DNA from: Amoebophrya sp. A120
Lineage: Eukaryota; Protista; Dinoflagellata
DNA length: 64,000 bases
Assembly (NCBI GenBank): GCA_905178155.1
Contig: CAJINV010000002.1
Span: forward strand, 12,828,387-12,892,386
Direction: 5' to 3'
The first letter of the stretch is position 1. Each line of letters starts with the position of its first letter. The position numbers and the translations under genes were made by a program. This document shows positions 26,701 through 37,627 of this stretch, piece after piece. The notes beneath the pieces were generated by a model. The model made no database searches. It was not told where the DNA came from and saw only the letters and a list, made by a program, of their open reading frames with translations.

Positions 26701-29700
26701 ACACCGAAGTCGCCTTTTTCGTTCTCGACGACCCACCACGCCAGGACGAACTTGAAAAAGCCGCAGCGACCGTCGAGCCCCATCATGAGCAACAGCTCCT
26801 TGCGCCAGCGGGTTTTGTTCGTGTGCAGCATTTTCAAGCCTGTAGGTTTAAAAATAATATAAAACTTGTTTCTTTGGAAAAAATATAACACCAGACTCAG
26901 AGAAAAGAGCTGGCTGACCGACCCTCCGTGGCACGTGTTAAGTAGTTGAGATTTTTTGCCACCATACCGTCGCGGAAGCACCTCTCCTCGGCACCTCATT
27001 TTGGACGTCCAAATCTCAACTACTTAACACGTGCCGCGAAAATGGCACTTTGCATGACAGAAACCAGAAACCATCGGGCGAAGTCGTGTAGAAAATCCAG
27101 ACTTTGCATGACAGATCTACACGAGGAAGCCAGGCTTCCTATTGACAGTACTACTATTTGCATCAGCAGCGCCAGATATTCAATAATACCCAACTCCGGG
27201 GCTTCTTTGACGGTTTTCACTTTTGCGTCCCGGGCCATCTCCTCGGCATACTCACCCGGATCTTCGCCCGCCTGCCGTTCCTCTTCCCGCTTGATCAACG
27301 CCTTCACGAGCGCGTAAAAAAAGGCCTGATTTGCGCGGCTCCCCTGCGGTCCGATCATGAAATTGCGCCAGAGCAGCACGAATTCATGCACCTCCGGCCA
27401 CAAGTTGTTGAAATGGTTCGACAGCAAGTGCCCGCAGCACGACTTCCAGACCCCGGCGAAAATGTTGTGGAGCGTATGGAGAGAAAGCGAATGCTTTACC
27501 ACGGCGCGCATGACAAATTCTTTCGATGGCGCGCGCATCACAATTACCTTTCTTAATTTGTCACGCAGAGCATCATCTTCATCACCGCAGTTGCACAATC
27601 GCAACGCATTTTCGCTATACATTAGTCTGTCATGCTAGTCGCGTGGTAAAGCGTATTTTGCAGCGAGATAAATCAGCAGCCCAAATCGCAGATTCCCCCT
27701 ATCGCCAGACGTGTGCACTTCGAAGCGGCTCGACGGAGACGACTCAGCGTGCCGGTCCATAATATCGTCCGTGCTCGGATCATCCGGGTCGACATAGCAC
27801 AGCTTCAGTGCTTCGGGTCCGTAGAATGTGTCGGCCATCGCACAAAACGAAGTCCCCTCCTGCGAATACGGTTGGATTGGTTTTTCGGTTGAATATATGA
27901 CGACGATCGTGCAGATTTGTATAATAAAAAAAGTGCGTCACTACAGCTGCTCACGCATGGCAAGCCACTAAATATGCAAAAGCAGTACGACTCCGATGCT
28001 GATGGTATGAGTGCTTGCGTGCAGCATGGGAGAAACAGTCAGCACCGCGGCCGTGTGCGTCAGTGATTCCTTCGGCGCCAGAGCGCCCGCATTGACAGTC
28101 TGAAACGGGGCCTGGTTCAGTGTGATGCCCTTGTGCGTTCGCGAGCCCTTGATGATCGGGCGGGATTCGGGATTCAGGACTTCATCCAGGGAGTAGAACT
28201 GTGAGGGAGTTTGGGAAAAGATGATCACCGAAAGCGACGAAGCCGAGCATGGAGCACCGCAACTTCGTCAATCACTACCTATCATCTCAACTACAATTAC
28301 TTTCTTCCGCATGTAATCCCGTCTTGAAGCTAATGAGTCCGTCACTGGTGGAAACGCATAGCAACCTCGTCCCCGAGCAGCATCACACGTATGTCGAATT
28401 CATTTTTGCACGTCGACGCGAGGGGAACCTCGAAGACCATGCGAACATCTGTTGCAGCACCTCCGGCACAACAAGCGCGCCTCATGCAAGCCGTTATATA
28501 TCCGACTGCCCACCAGATCAGGACGAAGATGAGAAACCAAACATAAAAACAACTACAAAACAACAAGCACCGTGCAGCTCTTCACGTTTTCGCCGCGGGT
28601 TGTCGAGTCGTCAGAATTGTACTGATGCACGGTGCCCAAAAATCGAACCGCACGGCATTTGGATCATCTGGCGCAGATTCATCACCCAGTGCGGCGGGAC
28701 CTGGTAGACTTGCAGCCGCAGTAGACAACTCATCTCGAACCAGCATCGGAGCGCGTACATCTGAGTATTTGTAGGAAAGCCAATATGAAATGCATGACAC
28801 AATAGGGATGGAAATGCATGTCAAGCTGCAGACTTTTTTCATGCGGAAGATGACCATCATGAACTGTGCCTTGCATCTGTCTGTTGTATCTTCAGAGCCC
28901 ATCCTCCCCAGGTCCCTCTCCATCCAGACGGCGAGGTCATCGGACTTTTCCTTGCGATTCTTGATGGTAATCCCTTTGACGATATTGCGCCACCGGACGT
29001 TCCCAAATTTCGTCTCGCTGGTATCACCACTCAAACTGCTTGATGCGAAGACACAGATTTTTATGACTTTGAGATGATCACGACAACACGTCTCGCATGC
29101 AAGCACTTCTGCAAAGCAACTCTTCGCATCAAGGCGCTTGAGTGGGATAAAACAGGTCGGGATGATTCTCGGCCCACCACAGGACGCGCCAGCACTGATG
29201 TTTGTTGTTATTTTAGATTGATCTGATTATTTACAACCTACGCTGCATGATCATCGTTGACGCGAGCACGAAGATGATGGAGAAGCAGGTGAACAAGATT
29301 GATCATACCACGCCGTCCGCGTTGCCTCTGGTTCCAATTGCCGGCATGACGTAGCGGTGTGCCGACTTGGCCCAGTTTGGTACTTTTTTGTTGAGGAAGT
29401 AGCAGTAGTTGTTGGGATCCGGAGCAATCTTTTTGAGGTGGGCGTACGGTTTTCCGCTGTGCTCGTCCCGGTAAACGCGATCCATGGGAACATCGCGGGG
29501 CTGAAGGTATCGACCTTGATCATGTCCTCCAGTTGCTGCAACACGGCGATCCGCCTCCTGACCTCGACGGGGCGTGGCACAAGCGCGACTATCTCCATCG
29601 CCGTGCAGAAAAGGGCACAAAAGATAAGACTTAGGGGCAAGGGATAACAAAAGACGAAACGGGCATCATGTGGGACCTGTTACGTTTCTACACCATCGCG

Positions 29701-32700
29701 CGAAACCAATTTGCTGACAACATCTAGTAGAGAATCGACCCGGTTTTGCGATGACTATCTCGCTGGTCACGAATCAACTCTCGCCACGTCACGCACGGAT
29801 CGAACGAGCCCGAAATTATACAACTACGACAAGATGATGACTCTCGCGCGTCTGCTTCTCACGTACGGCAAACCGACCCTGCAGACACAGTTTTCTGCTT
29901 TTGGTAGACAAAACCGACGCCCAATCTCTCACGATTCTGCCGAACAATCAACGCAATATCATGCCGCAAGCGAAGATTTTCAGCGACAGCTATGTGGTAG
30001 CAGCAGCACACATCCACGCTCATTGAAAGCGATTCTTCTTCATTTGGGCTTCAATAGCGTCGCGCACGATACGAGTCCGGCCCTGAAGATTTAAAATCGC
30101 ATGACTGTTCATGGTAGGCGCAAGAACATTGATAGAGCTGAATACTATTTGTTTGTAGTGCGAAACGACATAAGCATCACAGTCAACGCACCGTCGGCAG
30201 CCGACGAATGCGCCTCCGCGATGAGACGCAAGATATAGACGGGCTTCCTAAAGTAGTAAATCACAAGTAGACTGCAATGCTCTGCTTGGAAGTAAAACTT
30301 TACTCACCAATAGATGTAAGCGCGCTGGTTCGCGATTCGAAGTGCAAAATACCGAGTAGAAGAGAGAACTACCGCGCTAGATGTTCAAGTGCCTGTGAGT
30401 ACTGGTTTTAGAAGAATCTAAAATCTAAAAATCACATCACTGCGCTGGCTGCGCCTTCTTCTTAGCATTCATCCTGCGCATCTTCTTCGGCTTCTCTTCC
30501 GACGGCTTTTTCTCTTCGTCTTTGTCCTCGTCCTTCTTCTCCTCGGACTTCTCCTTCTCCTCGGACTCGTTTTTCTCATCGGGCTTTTCGACGGGGGGAT
30601 CTTTGGTCAAGAAGTCGCCGATCTCCTCGTCATTCAACTTCACATCCTTCTCTTTCTTTGCCCTCGGGAAACACGAACTGCTCGCCATCGTTCACCGGCA
30701 ACTCGTCCTCCTTCCCCACTCTCGGCTTGCGCTTCATCGGCTGCGCCTTCCGCTTCGGCGTCTTTTTCTTGTGCTCCGGCGGCGGAGACTTTTTGACCTT
30801 TGGCGGATCCTTCGCGCCCTCGTCATCCTCCTTCTTGTCCCCAGGCGCAGGCGGATCCCCGCCTTCCTTCTTGTCGAACAGGTCCTTCTTCTTGAGGGGC
30901 GAGAACACCGGCTTAGACTGGTCGTGGCCCGCCGGCTTCTTGCCGAATCCGCGGGCGGCGACGTTGACCTGATTATTAAAAATGAGAGGGCTTGCACTTT
31001 CTGTAGTTTTTAGGTTTTTACAAAAGGAATCCCATCTACTTCTCGGTGGTTATCAGTTTCGTATGACGATCTTGTGGTGGAGCTGCTCATCATCTCCTGT
31101 ATAGTCTACTTGTTTACAAAAACCTACTTAACAAAAAACAGATAACACACCGTGCTGGCGGCAGCCCCGTTAATCGGAGAGCGGAAGCAGGACGGAGTGG
31201 GGATCTTCTGGCGGTACACCGTGCCGTAACCATTGTGGTCGTAGTCGTAATCGCGGTGCGGGTCAAAAGGACTCTTTTCGGGACCGCAGAATTTGCGACC
31301 GTAGTCCGGCAGCGCCGCCGGGTTCTCGCCCGGCACACGCGCCTTCTTGCACTTCAACAAGTACTGTCTCTTCTTAATCTCCTCTTCCTGCTTTTCGAGA
31401 TCCTTTTCTTCCGCTTCCTCATCTTGCAGCACCTTTTTGATGGCCTGGGCGAACTCGAGCTGGGACTTCATGCTAGCGAAGGCCTGCCCGGTGCCGCGCA
31501 GGGTGCGCTGGTTCCGCCCGGGGGCAACAGCGATGCGCTGGCATTAGTCGTTTTTGTCATTACTTAGCATAGTTTCTGGATTTGCACTTCATCATCTAAA
31601 GGCAAAAAGAATTTGCATGCGACCTACGTCAAGATATGAATATAAGTAGTACGGTGGTGGGCTTGATCTTCAGGCTTTCCAACAGCTGTTTCCACTGCTC
31701 CTTGTTTTCGATCTTCTGGGACACCTCGCGCAACGGGATTCCAAATCTATCCAACCGAAAACTTCCCAACTAGCACCACGCTCTTTTAGATGTCGCGTCG
31801 CGATTTATTCAGGCTGGGCATGACAAGTTCCAACATGTATACGAGAAACCTACTTCATGCGTTGCTATTGTGATGAGACGCACATCGCTGGTGCTAGTTG
31901 GTCTGCTTTTTGTTGGATAGGACACGGAGGAGTAGATGTCCTGGGCCTGCTCGATAGGCAGTTCGCCGAGGGCTGTTTTTTAAATTTATATTTATATAAA
32001 TAGCATGAGATCATGCGCGTTTGTAATTGTTTCATGATGTGGTCGAGATGATCACAAAAAAAACAAAAAGCACTTTCCTCCTTCACAGGCATCTGCTTCA
32101 GGCTGTGCACCGGAGTGACACCCTTCGCGTTCGCTTTGTTCCGCTGCCGATTGATTTTGAAAGCCTCCTCCCACAAGCACATGTCGGCCTCGGTCCAGTT
32201 CTTGGTGTGGTTGGCAATGGCCTCAACACTGCCAAGCTGCTTCGACGGAGCAGCACTCATCTTTTAGAAGAGGCGTTGGCGCGGATTCTAGAACCTACTC
32301 TCTCAATATCTAATACCAGGTATGTCGTCCTCCAGGGATGAAGACGCAAGGCCAACGAATGGCACCAAAAGAAAACCAAAAGCACAACGAGGATCCGAAC
32401 GACGAGGATAGCATCCGCTTTACATCTTCATCAACTTCGCTGAGCACACATCTTGCTTTCCATACTGCTGCGACAAAAGCCCTGCAGCGTATCAAGGTGC
32501 TATACTCTGCTTTGTTTTTGTTTTTTGGTTCACCTACTAGCGCTAAAGAAGACGAGCACGTTTTGTTTTCATGTCGTGTTGCTTGTTATTGCGTTCTACT
32601 TTTCAAACAGATCTTCGCCGACTGGTGACTGCGCGACCCGAAGTTGCAACATTTCGACGACCGGATGGGGCTTGAGGGGGACCTCGTGCAAAACCAAAAA

Positions 32701-34958
32701 GTTTTTGCGTCGCGGGACGCATCCGCGACCGAAACAGCTCCTGATCTAGCTAATCAATTAAATGCATGTTTTAAATAAATACATTTATGTGCGGTCCTAG
32801 CTACCTAAACAAAATTTTCTAAGTAGTTTTAAAGTAAGTACTTGACGGGCTCATAACGCGACGTTAAAGATGCTGAAGATTGATTGATGTCCTCTTGTCA
32901 GTGTCACTTTAACCAGTACCACGTCGTAGTGGGGCTTGTCACGTTCTTACGAAGAGCAGTTCTAGTAGTTTGCGTCCACCACCGCCACATCTAACCCAGG
33001 TTCCGACGCTGAGGCCAAGAAGTCGCTCCAGGTGCGTTCTTTGGAAGAGACGCGGCGGAAGTTCCAGACCGAAAAGGAGGCGCTGAACGCGATCGCGAAA
33101 CAGAAGTCCAGCATGTACAAGTGCATGATGTCCAGTAACAAGAAGGTCGGGGACCAGGACAAAAAGGACGGCGCGGTGCTGCAAAAGATCCGCCAGGCCG
33201 AGGGCAAAATTAAGCAGGCGGAAGTGCGACTGGAATCCGCGGCCAAGGGCGCGGACGCCAGGGAACAAGAGTACTACAGAACTGCTTCACGTGGTAGGTT
33301 ACCTTCAACTAGACTACCGTGCAGTTTGTTGCTATCTACTGTGGTTGTGAACTCGAGGTCCGTCATCTCCGCATTGGTTTTTCATCCCGATTCCATCTGT
33401 TGTGAAGCTCCTGCTGCGATGATGCGCGAAAAACACTGCAGCAAGCCTAAAAATTGCAAAAAGTGCATGCATAGATAAAAACTCCACAGCCAAAAAGCGC
33501 TGCTATCGCGTAACGTGGAGGCGGAGAAGGAAAAAGAGCAGCTGGAGGGTGATCTGAAGACGCTTGTGAAAACCCTGATCGACCTCGAACGCGCGAACAC
33601 CGAAAAGGAGCGGCAGGCCACGGCGAGCAGTCCGCTTTTCACCACCGGCTACAACCTGTTGACCCCTGAACAGCAGCAGCCCGTGGCGAACTACCTGTGT
33701 CCGACCCCGCCGACGCCGCTCCCTAAGATGTCCTACCTGGATATCAAATGTAAAAATGTCTGGGTCTGGAAACTTGTGATGCTAAAAGTGAATGGTAGAC
33801 GGACTGCAATACGCAGCTACGCATGACAAATTTTCTGGCTCCCATGTCTTACGTATTCCGCGTGGCAAGCTGCGTTTTTGCATGACAGGTAAGAGGGCCT
33901 TTGCGTGCCTATGCAACACAGATTCTCAAGTCATGCCAGACAAGCATGACAAACTTGCATTCTTCCAGACCCAGACACTTTTACAGTTGATACTGGAAAC
34001 CCAGCTGTCACACCTGCCGTTCGAGATACGCAAGAAAAAAACTGTGTAAGTGTAAATCTGTGATGCAGAAAATGCCAAACAGTTACACTTGTCATGCTCG
34101 ACATGCATGACCGGCTCGCTTCCTATGTGTTTTCCCTTTGTATCTGCGCATAACAAGTTTGTCCTGTCATGGCAGACAAACTTGTGATGCTGTTTTCCCA
34201 AAAGACTTACACTAACACAGTTTTTTTCTTGGATACGAGAAGTTGGTGTATCACAGCGGCGAGGACGTTTTGGTGGACCGAGAGCTGCTATCAAATGTAA
34301 AAATGTCTGGGTCTGGATGATTGCAACTTGTCATGCTGCGTCTGGATCATGCAGAAATTTGTGTTGCATGATTACCAAAAGATGTCCGCTCTTGACCAGT
34401 TTGATAGGGAGTTTCTCATGCAGGATAGGCATGATAGACAACCCCACAGCATCTGTCGTGCTAGGTGCTGCATGCCAGGCCTCATGGTATCTGGAAAATC
34501 TGCATCACAAATCTTGCATTTGAGACCCAGAGAGACACTTTTGCATTTGATAGCTGCTGTGCAATGCCGCGGTCAACAATGGGGGTGGTGGGAGCAGTAC
34601 CGACCTCGTGCACCCGCCCGGGTCCACGACGAAGATCAAGGTATACAAGCCGCCCGTGCTATCTTCATCAGCCTCCACGACGGCAGCCTCCAGTGCCCGG
34701 GTCAGCGCATCCACGATACACGTGCCGCCGTGCTGTATTCTGGACCTGATGCAGATGGCGCACGAGGAAGAAACCAAGGAAGCCGAGCAGTGGCGGTTCT
34801 TGGCGCAGACGAGCAAGCAGAGTTTCGCGCCGGTGCTGAAACTGGAGGACGACGGGAAGGAGGCAGTTGCCCGCAAAAAGGCACGGAAAAGGATTTTGTC
34901 GGAGCTAAGTTCTTTAACCGGCAACGTCGCGGTGGTGCCCAGTCCGACGGAATTGTGA
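17789..34958 (+). CDS. Low-complexity N-terminus plus coiled-coil protein, split by a 12.3-kb intron
   Basis: GT at 20714 and CTAAC-CCAG acceptor ending 32999 join EEMKQK-R-SDAEAKKSLQVRSLEE in frame; five introners removed in frame; TGA 34958. Confidence 0.75.
18801..19034. mobile_element. Introner family E (decayed)
   Basis: TIRs, flanks CCGGC/CCAAC; frame kept (VCRPQEQ). Confidence 0.75.
20263..20495. mobile_element. Introner family E
   Basis: TIRs, DR GAAGT; removal gives KSAKSTVMSLE. Confidence 0.9.
21350..22660 (+). CDS. Putative tandem PD-(D/E)xK-like endonuclease (transposon cargo; may be decayed)
   Basis: Motifs SADIITRP...WLLIQFKA and EGTPIDGYIRF...YSAQEK, followed by DADFLLL...MLVPCQVLADLGIV; spliced across TA...TA intron 21869-22006; recognised by eye. 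Confidence 0.5.
21869..22006. mobile_element. Short introner within transposon cargo gene
   Basis: TATGCAAA...TTTGCATA, internal TGTCATGC; element+5 nt removal gives IDGYIRFD. Confidence 0.7.
25434..25571. mobile_element. Short introner (family A-like) within transposase gene
   Basis: TATGCATTGCAAAAGTGTCGC...GCGACACTTTTGCAAAAGATA; removal +5 nt gives NCSDEHMTGND on minus strand. Confidence 0.7.
26439..26612. mobile_element. Short introner within transposase gene
   Basis: TAT...ATA, inverted ends, flanks GAGTT/CAGCT; removal gives EEELNPMDED on minus strand. Confidence 0.7.
30437..32260 (-). CDS. Lys/Glu/Pro-rich hypothetical protein (transposon cargo, frameshift near 30660)
   Basis: Exon-like ORFs 31865-32260, 31124-31471, 30630-30968 and 30437-30688 with coding-like composition. 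Confidence 0.5.
33742..33992. mobile_element. Introner family A
   Basis: TIRs, DR CTGGA; core similar to 1067-1318. Confidence 0.9.
34027..34235. mobile_element. Introner family E
   Basis: TIRs, DR CGAGA. Confidence 0.9.
34289..34552. mobile_element. Introner family A
   Basis: TIRs, DR GCTGC. Confidence 0.88.
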
Positions 34959-35141
34959 TCGGGAGCAGGGAGTGTATTTGGCGGGGTGGCTTAGGAAGAG
35001 CGGATACAGTCACAGTGCCTGCGCCCTTAGCAAAACAAAGCAGCATCATCGTGATAACTCGCCACCTTTTGCAATTTCGTTTGAAGTCTCAAAGTAGAAC
35101 CAGTAACAAAGAAAACCAACGGCAACGCCAGTCATCATTAA

Positions 35142-35615
35142 TGTTAGGCAAGATATGAAATCCACCAGGATCATAAGCCAAGCAAATTCCCTACGACCTA
35201 AATTGAATGTTCATTGAAATCAGGCTCTAAATTTGTCGTTCAAATTTGGATCCAATGTGAAATCAGTGAAATCAGCATGTTCATACAAATGAACAAAAAT
35301 GAAGTTCATTCTAATCCCACACTGTAAGCTAGTGATGATCAACGATGGTTGATCGGATTTCTCATAAATTTAGGGTGATTAGAACAAATTTGAACTTTCA
35401 TGTTTTACCCCCTGACTGAGACGTCAAAATTTGTGTGTTGTTTGGAACGCTAAATTTTTCCCCACAGGCTGTGACGATAGTCACCATAGATTGATTGCGA
35501 CTAAGAAACACTGAATCCCACCTAGATTCTGCTTGACATGCAAGATGGCCAGTGTTCACACCGCCCGCGTTTCTTCGTCGTTGATTGTCTTCACACCGTG
35601 AAAATTCGGTTGACA
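35142..35615 (+). repeat. 5' LTR
   Basis: TGTTAGG...GTTGACA; near-identical to 42069-42542. Confidence 0.95.
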
Positions 35616-36478
35616 TTCTAACGGCACAGCCTTGAGCGCTGACACCAAGACACGACCAGTGCCAACACGACAACAACTACCAAGCCTGGTCCCCCCGCAA
35701 CACGACAACACCTACCAAGCCAGGACCAGAACCAAACCACCAACCACACCAAGACCCGCAGGAAGGTACTAAAAGCACGAAGAAAAATAAAGAAAATTTT
35801 GAATTTTTGGTAGTGTTTTTGAATAGAATTTTTGTTTGAATTTGAACTAAAAATTTAGGCAAAATAACCCCCAGCCACCGAGTTCAAATCAACCAACAGT
35901 GGTGATTTGCTGCCGTGATATCAATTGCTGATACACGGTCAGAGGCTGTTTGAAAGTAAGAGAGAATTTGTAATCATACACCTACACAGGTGCAAGAGAG
36001 ACAAAGCGACCAAAGGTGCGCGCTACGAAGCCCGTAACCTTTGCCGAAGCATCGAGCGAGGAACAAGACAGGTACTAAAATTGTACTTATTTTCGGTCTG
36101 TTTTCTAAAATCATTGGAAATTTTGAATGCGAGCACACATGGCAAGAGCACAAAAATCGCATGTTAATCCTCCCCAACAAAAACTATTACAGTTTTGGGC
36201 GGCGGATTTAACGTACCGAGCAGCAGGCCGGTACAAGAGCAAGGACCCGACAGCAGGCCACGAAAAAGGTACTGAATTACATCGGTTTTTGAAAATAGAA
36301 GTCTAAGCGTAATTCTGATTTTGTCTGTAATTGCATCGTGAATTCAACAAGATGATCGCATTTGAAATGCTGAATACCATCTGAATTCGATTGCAAATTT
36401 CTTGTACAGGTAGCCGCCTACGCGTGTACCGAGTACAACAGACGACACAACCGCGACGCGCGTGCTCATCGTGAAAAG

Positions 36479-37627
36479 ATGGGGGCGCCGGGTGATGACC
36501 ATCGTCCGAGCACTTCCGGCACCGTCGGAATGCTGTACGACGCGGAACACGAGGGAGAAACTGGAAAGGACTTCCAGACGTTCAAGGGTAGCGTGATCGC
36601 TCAGGCGTTCTCGTTGAACATCGGTCCCCAGTTCAAAGAGGACTTAGAAGGAAAAGTCTGCATGGACAAGTGGGATGAGGTCGATCAGTTAGCCTGCGAC
36701 CAGTGGGTTGCTGACGGCAAACACGAAAACGACTTCTGGCCCACCTACACAACCGAAGTGCGCTCAGCTTACGCGAAGTTGTATGGTACAGTATTCAAAT
36801 CCTTAACCGGAAAGGCCCGAGCCAAAGCTCAGGACATTCAGGAAGAGCCCGGGGCTGACGCGTGTGTAGTCTGGTTGATGCTTCAGATCAAGGAAAAGGC
36901 TAACCCGCAGACCGCCGGTGCCCGCCGCATGTTGATCAAGGAATATTTCAACAGCAAGCAGGGTGAAGATGAAACCGTGGAAGAACATATTGACAAACTG
37001 AAGAACTTCTGGAATTTCAAACTGGGCGCTAAAGTTACGGCCGAAGAGTTACGCTATCACTGTATCTTCGGGAACATGCGCGAGGAATTCGATGAGTGCA
37101 ACAAGCGTGCCTTGGCTAATGGATTCAGTTTCGAAGAAACCAAGAATCATATGGTCGAGGAAGAACGCGCTCTGTCTAGCAACGGAGAGACCACGAAGCA
37201 CAAAGCTAATCTGGTCCGCAACAAGAATTCTCGCAACCAGCATGGCCCGCGCCCGGATCACGTTCAGAAGAACCGTGAGAAGCAGATGTTCTCCAATATG
37301 TTGAAAAAAGAGATGCCGAGTCTGATCCAGCAAGCCGCTGCGAATCTGATCGCGCAAAATCCGAACTTGACCCAGAATCACTCTGCTGGTAGCAATGACG
37401 ACAGTCATGCGGCCAATTACGCAGGAGATTCCAAGTGGTGTTCGAATTGCAATTCGGAATCCCACAACACCAAGGATTGCTGGTACAAAAACGGCAATAA
37501 GGTCAATAACAAGTCTTCCAATAAGAATTCCGGTAAGGGTAACAACTCGAATACTGTTCGCAAGGGCAACGACAAGCCGAAGGGTGGAGGTAAGAAAGGA
37601 AAAGGAAAGAAGGGTAGGAAATACTGA
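36479..37627 (+). CDS. gag: Copia Gag
   Basis: Gag-like KQGEDETVEEHIDKL; zinc knuckle CSNCNSESHNTKDC. Confidence 0.9.
   Translation: MGAPGDDHRPSTSGTVGMLYDAEHEGETGKDFQTFKGSVIAQAFSLNIGPQFKEDLEGKVCMDKWDEVDQLACDQWVADGKHENDFWPTYTTEVRSAYAKLYGTVFKSLTGKARAKAQDIQEEPGADACVVWLMLQIKEKANPQTAGARRMLIKEYFNSKQGEDETVEEHIDKLKNFWNFKLGAKVTAEELRYHCIFGNMREEFDECNKRALANGFSFEETKNHMVEEERALSSNGETTKHKANLVRNKNSRNQHGPRPDHVQKNREKQMFSNMLKKEMPSLIQQAAANLIAQNPNLTQNHSAGSNDDSHAANYAGDSKWCSNCNSESHNTKDCWYKNGNKVNNKSSNKNSGKGNNSNTVRKGNDKPKGGGKKGKGKKGRKY

Larger units (their letters stand above)
23368..29650 (-). pseudogene. Multi-exon, decayed hAT-like DDE transposase with Lys/Gly-rich C-terminus
   Basis: Ordered motifs FEVPLASTCK, HTSGDRGN (candidate catalytic D), SCCGHLLSN (CxxH), LHTNKTRW (TRW); in-frame TAG at 25804-25806 and apparent frameshifts; whether 23368-24798 belongs to the same gene is unproven. 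Confidence 0.6.
20839..32855. mobile_element. 12-kb cargo-carrying TIR DNA transposon (hAT-like) with 5-bp TSD
   Basis: 67-bp TIRs (20839-20905 / 32789-32855, 5 mismatches) starting TATGAG; second inverted block ~20942-20986 / ~32707-32752; TSD ACGCG at 20834-20838 and 32856-32860. Confidence 0.92.

Noticed and set aside
25804-37627. Stop-codon reassignment explaining in-frame TAG (25804) and TGA (37625)
   Set aside because: Long host exons and the 4.3-kb pol have no in-frame stops under the standard code, and host genes end in TGA/TAG; the two cases are confined to mobile elements.
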